Origin: Methanothrix sp.
Lineage (GTDB): Archaea > Halobacteriota > Methanosarcinia > Methanotrichales > Methanotrichaceae
Direction: 5' to 3'
Length of the DNA stretch: 12,426 nt
NCBI GenBank assembly: GCA_040770465.1
Contig: JAXGJB010000050.1
Location: forward strand, 1-12,426
Shown here piece after piece: positions 7,493-12,426 of this stretch. The notes under the pieces were generated by a model. The model was not told where the DNA came from. It saw only the letters and a program-made list of their open reading frames with translations, and did not search any database. Within the stretch, counting starts at the first letter, position 1, and each line of letters starts with the position of its first letter. The position numbers were made by a program, and so were the translations under genes.

Positions 7493-8929
7493 ACGAGATC
7501 GATCCCGGCCCTCGGCCTGACGTTGGCGCTGGCGGCGCTGCTGCTGCTGATGGCGGAGGACGCGTCGCTTGGCGCGACAGACGACTCGCGCAGGGTCGTC
7601 CAGGCTGACGAGATCCTGGCCAAGATCGAGCGAGGCGAGAACCTAGATGGAGTGATCGTGGAGGGCGATTTGGATTTAAGCGAAAGGGCCTTGGGAGCGA
7701 TCCATTTCAACAATACCATATTTCTAGGATCGGTCAATTTTAAAAACACCACATTTACAGGAAATGCGTGGTTCATGGGATCTAATTTCAGCGATTATGC
7801 CGTATTCTCGGGAGCGGAGTTCTCGGGTGGAAATGCAGAGTTCTCTTTTGCAAAATTCTCTGGTGGATATACAGAGTTTTCGAATTCAGAGTTCTCGGGA
7901 GGAGATGCCAATTTCATTTTTGCGGAATTTTCTAGCGGCTATTCCTCCTTCTCGCAGGCGAAGTTCTCGGGAGGGAAGGCCTACTTCATGAATTCTAAGT
8001 TCTCGGGAGGGCATACCTACTTCTCGCAGGCGATGTTCTCAGGCGGAGATGCCTCATTCAGTGAAGCTGTGTTCTCGGGTGGAAGTGCCAAATTCTGGAT
8101 GGCTGTTTTCTCTGGCGGAGATGCCTCCTTCAGGGAAGTGGCGTTCTCTGGCGGAGATGCAGACTTCTGGAATGCGACTTTCTCTGGTGGAGATGCCTAC
8201 TTCTCGGGAGCAGTGTTCTCTGGTGGATATGCAGACTTCTCGGATGCGGACTTCTATGGTGGAGATGCCTACTTCTCGGAAACCGAGTTCACGGAGGATG
8301 CCCTTTTTGAGAATGTAAGGTTCACGGGCGAATTCTCTTTAACAAGGGCAAGATATAACAAATTATATATCAGGTGGCATAATATTGAAGGTGGGCTAGC
8401 TTACGATGATGCAGCATACTTATCACTGCTGAAGAACTTCAAAGAGCTGGGCTACTTCGAAGACTACGACAGCTGCTACTTCGAGTACAGAAAGGAACGC
8501 CGAAACCAGCCATGGCCCCTGGTGGGCTACTGGGAGGAAGCCTTCAGGAAAAAGATCGACCTCCTGCTGGAGTGGTTCTACGGCTACGGGACAAAGCCCG
8601 TCAACGCCTTGTATTTTTCTATCGGTATCATCATCCTATTCTGGGGATTCTGGTGGTTTATTGGCCTGGGCAGCAGGCCTGAGTACATCCTCGACGAGTA
8701 CAGTAAGTTAGATACCAGCCTGGATCAAATACACGAAGTTCTCCTCTTCAGCGCAACAGTCTTCCTCTCCGGAACGAGGCTATTTATTGAGCCACCGTCC
8801 ATCCCGAAGATAGGGGGAAGGTCTCGATCTATGGTAAGATGCGCCTTCATCTTTGAGCGAGTCCTTGGGGCGCTCTTCTCGATCCTCTTTTTCCTCGCCA
8901 TCAGCGGGACGGTGGTGAGGCAGCTGTAG
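7493..8929 (+). CDS. Pentapeptide-repeat-like (beta-solenoid) membrane protein with N-terminal signal sequence and C-terminal two-TM module; start uncertain (GTG 7442, ACG 7493 or TTG 7523)
   Basis: Signal-like RSIPALGLTLALAALLLLMA, cap RVVQADEILAKIERGE..VIVEGDLDLS, F-periodic repeats, helical linker AYLSLLKNFKELGYFEDYDSCYFEYR, then GYGTKP + TM, LLFSATVFLSG, and a second TM (FERVLGALFSILFFLAISGTVVR). Confidence 0.8.
   Translation, partial: TRSIPALGLTLALAALLLLMAEDASLGATDDSRRVVQADEILAKIERGENLDGVIVEGDLDLSERALGAIHFNNTIFLGSVNFKNTTFTGNAWFMGSNFSDYAVFSGAEFSGGNAEFSFAKFSGGYTEFSNSEFSGGDANFIFAEFSSGYSSFSQAKFSGGKAYFMNSKFSGGHTYFSQAMFSGGDASFSEAVFSGGSAKFWMAVFSGGDASFREVAFSGGDADFWNATFSGGDAYFSGAVFSGGYADFSDADFYGGDAYFSETEFTEDALFENVRFTGEFSLTRARYNKLYIRWHNIEGGLAYDDAAYLSLLKNFKELGYFEDYDSCYFEYRKERRNQPWPLVGYWEEAFRKKIDLLLEWFYGYGTKPVNALYFSIGIIILFWGFWWFIGLGSRPEYILDEYSKLDTSLDQIHEVLLFSATVFLSGTRLFIEPPSIPKIGGRSRSMVRCAFIFERVLGALFSILFFLAISGTVVRQL
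7820..8287 (+). repeat. Coding tandem repeat, 13 x 36 nt (consensus F-S-G-G-x-A-x-F-x-x-A-x)
   Basis: Units start every 36 nt from 7820 with approximately TTCTCnGGnGG: FSGGNAEFSFAK, FSGGYTEFSNSE, FSGGDANFIFAE, FSSGYSSFSQAK, FSGGKAYFMNSK, FSGGHTYFSQAM, FSGGDASFSEAV, FSGGSAKFWMAV, FSGGDASFREVA, FSGGDADFWNAT, FSGGDAYFSGAV, FSGGYADFSDAD, FYGGDAYFSETE. Confidence 0.95.
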
Positions 8930-9064
8930 CCGGGGCGCGGTCAACGCCGGCCGACAGCGAGCGTCAACGATATTCTATTCTATCAGATCGAATTGAGATT
9001 CCAGATGGGCATTTTTGACGACCAGCTCGACTTCTGCCCGAAGATGGGAAAACTCTTTCAGAAA

Positions 9065-9083
9065 GAAAAGCGCAAATAAATAA
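9065..9083 (+). promoter_or_regulatory. Putative BRE/TATA promoter of the tusA-dsrE2-iscS-iscU cluster
   Basis: GAAAAGCGC-AAATAAATAA, ~60-70 nt upstream of the tusA start, in an A-rich patch. Confidence 0.4.
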
Positions 9084-9142
9084 CAGAACGTGGCTCCCAG
9101 GCGGCCTCTCGCCACCGGGGGCGATTCGTGGCGGTGATTCGA

Positions 9143-9367
9143 TTGGCTGAGATCAAGGTGGATTGCAGGGGCCAAAACTGCCCCGTGCCCCTGGTGGAGA
9201 CGAGAAAGGCCCTGAAGCGGGCGGCGCCGGGCGACGTGGTGGAGGTGACGGGGGACCATCCCGCCTCCAGAAAGGAGATCCCGATGGCGGTGAAGGCGCT
9301 GGGCCTTGAGCTTCTGGAGGTCGAGGGCGAGGAGGGTGGAGAATGGCGGATCAGGATAAGGAGATGA
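9143..9367 (+). CDS. tusA: TusA/SirA-family sulfur carrier protein
   Basis: DCRGQNCPVP (CPxP motif), GDVVEVTGDHPASRKEIP and C-terminal WRIRIRR. I prefer TTG 9143 because GGTGAT (9133-9138) precedes it; the track starts at GTG 9128. Confidence 0.9.
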   Translation: MAEIKVDCRGQNCPVPLVETRKALKRAAPGDVVEVTGDHPASRKEIPMAVKALGLELLEVEGEEGGEWRIRIRR

Positions 9368-9813
9368 CCGAAGAGATGAACGGGGAGATGACTGGGGCGG
9401 ACAAGGTCACCATAATCGTTCACAGCGGCGACCTCGACAAGATCTACAGCGCCCTCATCATCGCCAACGGGGCGCTGGCCATGGGGATGGAGGCGTCCCT
9501 CTTCTTCACCTTCTGGGGGCTTCAGCGGCTGAAGAAGGGGTGCCTTGAGAAGGGCCCCCTCTCGAAGATGAACATGCTGGGCCTCGGCCGGTGGATGGTG
9601 TTGCGTCGGATGAAGGCGGCTAATGTGTCATCCCTCGAAAAGCTCCTCTCCGACTTCAAGGAGCTGGACGGCAAGATCATCGCCTGCGAGATGACGATGG
9701 AGGTTATGGGGATCAGAAAGGAGGACCTCCGGGCTGACCTGATCGACGAGTACGGGGCCGTCGGGACCTACGTCCAGGAGGCGAGAGGGTCGGCGATCAA
9801 CCTCTTCATCTGA
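9364..9813 (+). CDS. DsrE2-like (DsrE/DsrF/DrsH family) sulfurtransferase
   Basis: IIVHSGDLDK, ANGALAMG, LFFTFWGL, LSKMNMLGLG, IACEMTMEVMG (conserved Cys), AVGTY and terminal LFI. ATGA overlap with the tusA stop at 9364-9367; alternative ATGs at 9376 and 9388. Confidence 0.9.
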   Translation: MTEEMNGEMTGADKVTIIVHSGDLDKIYSALIIANGALAMGMEASLFFTFWGLQRLKKGCLEKGPLSKMNMLGLGRWMVLRRMKAANVSSLEKLLSDFKELDGKIIACEMTMEVMGIRKEDLRADLIDEYGAVGTYVQEARGSAINLFI

Positions 9814-9882
9814 GGTTGGCTTTTTGGCTTTTTGATTTTGGATTGAAGAGAGATCAGGAGAGATCAGGGGGATCAGAAGAAG

Positions 9883-11052
9883 ATGTTCGAAACTTCCGTT
9901 TATCTTGACAACGCCTCCAGCACCAGGCTCGACGAGAGGGTGATGGAGGCAATGAAGCCCTACTTCTTCGAGGTCTACGCCGTGGCGACCTCGGAGTTCG
10001 GCTACTCCATGGGGATCGAGGCGAAGGAGGGTTTGGCAGGGGCAAGAGAGAAGCTCGCCGGGATGCTCCGGGCCGGCCCAGAGGAGGTGGTCTTCACCTC
10101 CGGGTCCACCGAGTCGAGCAACGCGGCCATCAAGGGGGTCGCCCTCGCCCTCGGCAAAAAGAAGGGGCGGCACATCATAACGACGAAGATCGAGGACTTT
10201 CCGGTCCTTCACAGCGCCCGGTCCCTGGAGCGGGACGGCTTCGAGGTGACATACCTGGAGGTCGACTCTGACGGCCTCGTCGACGCCGACAGGCTGCAGG
10301 AGTCGATTCGAAAGGATACGATCCTCGTCTCGATCCAGCACGGAAATCAGGAGATAGGGACCGTCCAGGACGCTGAGGAGATCGGCCAGATCTGCATGGA
10401 CAGACACGTCTTATTTCACACCGACGCGACCCACACCTTCCGCCGGATGCCCATCGACGCCAACCGGGTCCCGGCAGACCTGATAACCATCTCCGCCCAC
10501 ACGATCCACGGCCCCCGGGGGATCGGCGGCCTCTACATCAGGGAGAAGACGCCGATCTCCAAGTGGATGGACGGAGGATACCAGGAGTTCGACCGGCGGG
10601 CGGGGATCGAGAACATCCCCGGAGCCGTCGGGTTTGCCGCAGCTGCGGAACTCGTCACCCCCGAGGAGAACGATCGGATCAGGGGGATGAGAGACCGGAT
10701 CCTCGACCGGGCCCTCGCTGAGATTCCTCAGACGACATTGAACGGCTCCAGGCAAAAGAGGACGCCCCAGAACGCCAACGTCACCTTCCACCTTGTTGAG
10801 GGTGAGTCAATCACCCTCCACCTGGACATGAGAGGGTTTGCGGTGAGCACCGGCTCCGCCTGCTTCTCGCGGTCTCTTGAGGCAAGCCACGTCATCGCCG
10901 GGATCGGTGGCGACCACGAGCGGGCCCACGGATCGGTTCGGTTCACCCTGGGCAGGTTCAACACCATGGAGGAGGCGGACGCCGTCGTCGACGCCATCTC
11001 CGAGGTTGTGGAGACCCTCCGGAAGATAAGCCCCCTCGGCAAAGGAAAGTGA
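9883..11052 (+). CDS. iscS: IscS/NifS group-I cysteine desulfurase homolog lacking the PLP-binding lysine (probable pseudo-desulfurase)
   Basis: Full-length 389 aa with YLDNASST, FTSGSTESSN, FHTDA, GPRGIG, STGSACFS (Cys327) and SVRFTLGRFNT. It reads SAHT instead of SAHK and IEDFPV instead of xEHxAV. Confidence 0.9.
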   Translation: MFETSVYLDNASSTRLDERVMEAMKPYFFEVYAVATSEFGYSMGIEAKEGLAGAREKLAGMLRAGPEEVVFTSGSTESSNAAIKGVALALGKKKGRHIITTKIEDFPVLHSARSLERDGFEVTYLEVDSDGLVDADRLQESIRKDTILVSIQHGNQEIGTVQDAEEIGQICMDRHVLFHTDATHTFRRMPIDANRVPADLITISAHTIHGPRGIGGLYIREKTPISKWMDGGYQEFDRRAGIENIPGAVGFAAAAELVTPEENDRIRGMRDRILDRALAEIPQTTLNGSRQKRTPQNANVTFHLVEGESITLHLDMRGFAVSTGSACFSRSLEASHVIAGIGGDHERAHGSVRFTLGRFNTMEEADAVVDAISEVVETLRKISPLGKGK

Positions 11053-11080
11053 AGTGAGTAAAGTTGGAGGAGAATTTGAT

Positions 11081-11719
11081 ATGACCAAGTTTCCTTACAG
11101 CGACCTGGTTCTCGAGCACTTCAAGCACCCGCGGAACGTCGGCGAGATCGAAGACCCCGACGGCAAGGCGACGGAGGGTAGCCCCGCCTGCGGCGACATG
11201 GTCTCCGTCTACATCAAGGTGGACGACGAGACGAAGACGATTTCAGACGTAAAGTTCCAGTCTTACGGCTGCGCATCGAACATCGCCACCGGATCGATCA
11301 TAACGGAGCTTGCCAAGGGAAAGACCCTGGATGAGGCGAAGAAGATCACCTGGAAAGAGGCCTCTGAGGCGTTGGGGGGGCTTCCGCCGATCAAGGCCCA
11401 CTGCTCGGTCCTGGCGGTGGAGGGGCTCAGGTCCGCCATACGCAACTACGAGGAGAGACACGGCCTGGTCACTGAGAAGGTCCCTACGACCCGAAAGGTG
11501 GTGGAGAGGCGGCTGAAGAAGGTGATGAATCCGCTATCAGGCCTCGATCTGGTGAGGACGAAGCTGGTCAGTGAGATCGAGGTTAATGACGGAAAAGTCA
11601 GGGTGGTGATCGACCTTCCGCCCGATCACCAGTTTGCGAGGGCCATCCGGGAGGAGGTGGTCGAGAAGATCGAGCCCCTCTGGGACGTGGCGGAGGTTGT
11701 GGTCGAGTTCAAGGACTGA
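11081..11719 (+). CDS. iscU: IscU/NifU-N Fe-S scaffold fused to a C-terminal DUF59/SufT/MIP18-like domain
   Basis: YSDLVLEHFKHPRNVG, GSPACGD, SYGCASNIA and LPPIKAHCSVLA give all three Cys plus Asp/His. The last ~77 aa have DUF59-like patterning. I prefer ATG 11081 (GGAGGAG at 11066-11072) over GTG 11054. Confidence 0.92.
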   Translation: MTKFPYSDLVLEHFKHPRNVGEIEDPDGKATEGSPACGDMVSVYIKVDDETKTISDVKFQSYGCASNIATGSIITELAKGKTLDEAKKITWKEASEALGGLPPIKAHCSVLAVEGLRSAIRNYEERHGLVTEKVPTTRKVVERRLKKVMNPLSGLDLVRTKLVSEIEVNDGKVRVVIDLPPDHQFARAIREEVVEKIEPLWDVAEVVVEFKD

Positions 11720-11800
11720 AGAGCCGGGTGCCTTGAAGATGGTGATGACTTGATCGGTCAGCCAGCTATGAGGGAGCAAACTCCACCGGAGCATGACGGA

Positions 11801-11812
11801 TAGATATATCTA
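11801..11812 (+). promoter_or_regulatory. Palindromic TATA-like element upstream of the last gene
   Basis: Perfect 12-bp palindrome TAGATATATCTA ending 26 nt before ATG 11839. Confidence 0.45.
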
Positions 11813-11838
11813 AACTGCCATCAATAAATTTTGATTCG

Positions 11839-12426
11839 ATGATGAAGGTCGATCTGGATCAGATCCTCGCCCTCGCCGGGGACCTGGCGGAGGATGGGGC
11901 CAGGGACCGGTTCCGCCGATTCCTCCTCGAATCGGCGAAGGACTCCGACTCGATAAGACAGCTCGCTGCTGCAGCCTCCAAGGCGCAAGACCATCAGCAC
12001 CGCCTCGCCCTCGCGGATCTCTTCTGGAGCCTGGGCATCCCCCTCGGATTTGAGCCCGCCCTCTCGTTCGGGGGAGAGTGGGTCTCCCCCTCAGGAGTCC
12101 ACGTCCTTCTGGAGATGGTGGCCGGGGATGAGGCGCCGGAGATCGCCTCCATCCTCAACAGGGTGGAAAGCCTGGCCACAGCCTCCGACACCATCGCCGC
12201 CCCCAGGGCGCTGGAGTCGGTCGGAGAGGCGGAGGTCACGACGAACGATGGGGACGTCGCGGACCTGGAGGGTGGTGGGGAAGAAGTAAAGGATGAGGGG
12301 CTGAGCGCCTTTGGCCTCCTCATCGTCGAGGACGCCGAAATCCTCCGGGTGGAGGACGCCATCCTCGATGAGGACGAGGAGGGGCAGATTCGGGCGATCT
12401 CGATCTCGGCGCTCCTCGCCCTCTCC
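11839..12426 (+). CDS. Hypothetical protein, partial (runs off the right edge); possibly a degenerate PD-(D/E)XK nuclease-fold domain
   Basis: 196 open codons with host-like GC3: MMKVDLDQILALAGDLAEDGARDRFRRFLLES...HRLALADLFWSLGIPLGFE...FGGEWVSPSGVHVLLEMV...AFGLLIVED...QIRAISISALLALS. Absent from the ORF track because it has no stop in the window. Confidence 0.75.
   Translation, partial: MMKVDLDQILALAGDLAEDGARDRFRRFLLESAKDSDSIRQLAAAASKAQDHQHRLALADLFWSLGIPLGFEPALSFGGEWVSPSGVHVLLEMVAGDEAPEIASILNRVESLATASDTIAAPRALESVGEAEVTTNDGDVADLEGGGEEVKDEGLSAFGLLIVEDAEILRVEDAILDEDEEGQIRAISISALLALS

Noticed and set aside
7820-8287. 36-nt repeats as a CRISPR array or a diversity-generating retroelement TR/VR pair
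   Set aside because: The units are contiguous with no spacers and are in-frame coding. Differences are not adenine-specific, and there is no reverse transcriptase in the window.
10501-10503. IscS Lys->Thr as a single-base sequencing error (AAG->ACG)
   Set aside because: It cannot be excluded for this codon alone, but four other PLP-site residues are also changed while the rest of the protein is intact, so an error is unlikely to explain the pattern.
9628-11088. Minus-strand ORFs over dsrE2/iscS (259, 126, 104 and 93 aa)
   Set aside because: Antisense shadows of clearly identified plus-strand genes.
1-11719. Functional link between the Fe-S cluster genes and the Fe-S-rich CdhA based on proximity
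   Set aside because: They are ~6.8 kb apart, separated by five unrelated genes in mixed orientation, and I saw no shared upstream motif. Proximity alone is not evidence.
11994-12362. Track ORFs 11994..12362 (-) and 12050..12289 (+)
   Set aside because: Shadow and off-frame ORFs of the open plus-strand gene starting at 11839.

Overview
GC-rich archaeal DNA, most consistent with an acetoclastic methanogen of the Methanothrix/Methanosaeta type (inferred from gene content and codon style). Left to right: the 5' ~792 codons of cdhA (ACDS/CODH alpha subunit, minus strand, runs off the left edge and is absent from the ORF track) with an AT-rich upstream region carrying three regularly spaced ATTTTACAAAA boxes; aroD and archaeal type-II dehydroquinate synthase (minus); a Gate-domain membrane protein (plus); a secreted acidic triple-PPC-domain protein (minus) divergent from a membrane-anchored repeat protein with 13 x 12-aa FSGG units (plus); a four-gene sulfur/Fe-S cluster tusA - dsrE2 - iscS-like - iscU::DUF59 (plus); and a partial hypothetical gene at the right edge. 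The most notable signal is that the IscS homolog has lost the PLP Schiff-base lysine (SAHK->SAHT) and four other PLP-site residues but keeps its persulfide cysteine. It sits between two sulfur carriers and an IscU fused to a cysteine-less DUF59 domain, which suggests a cysteine-desulfurase-independent sulfur-relay route to Fe-S assembly. That interpretation is a hypothesis, not a demonstrated function.
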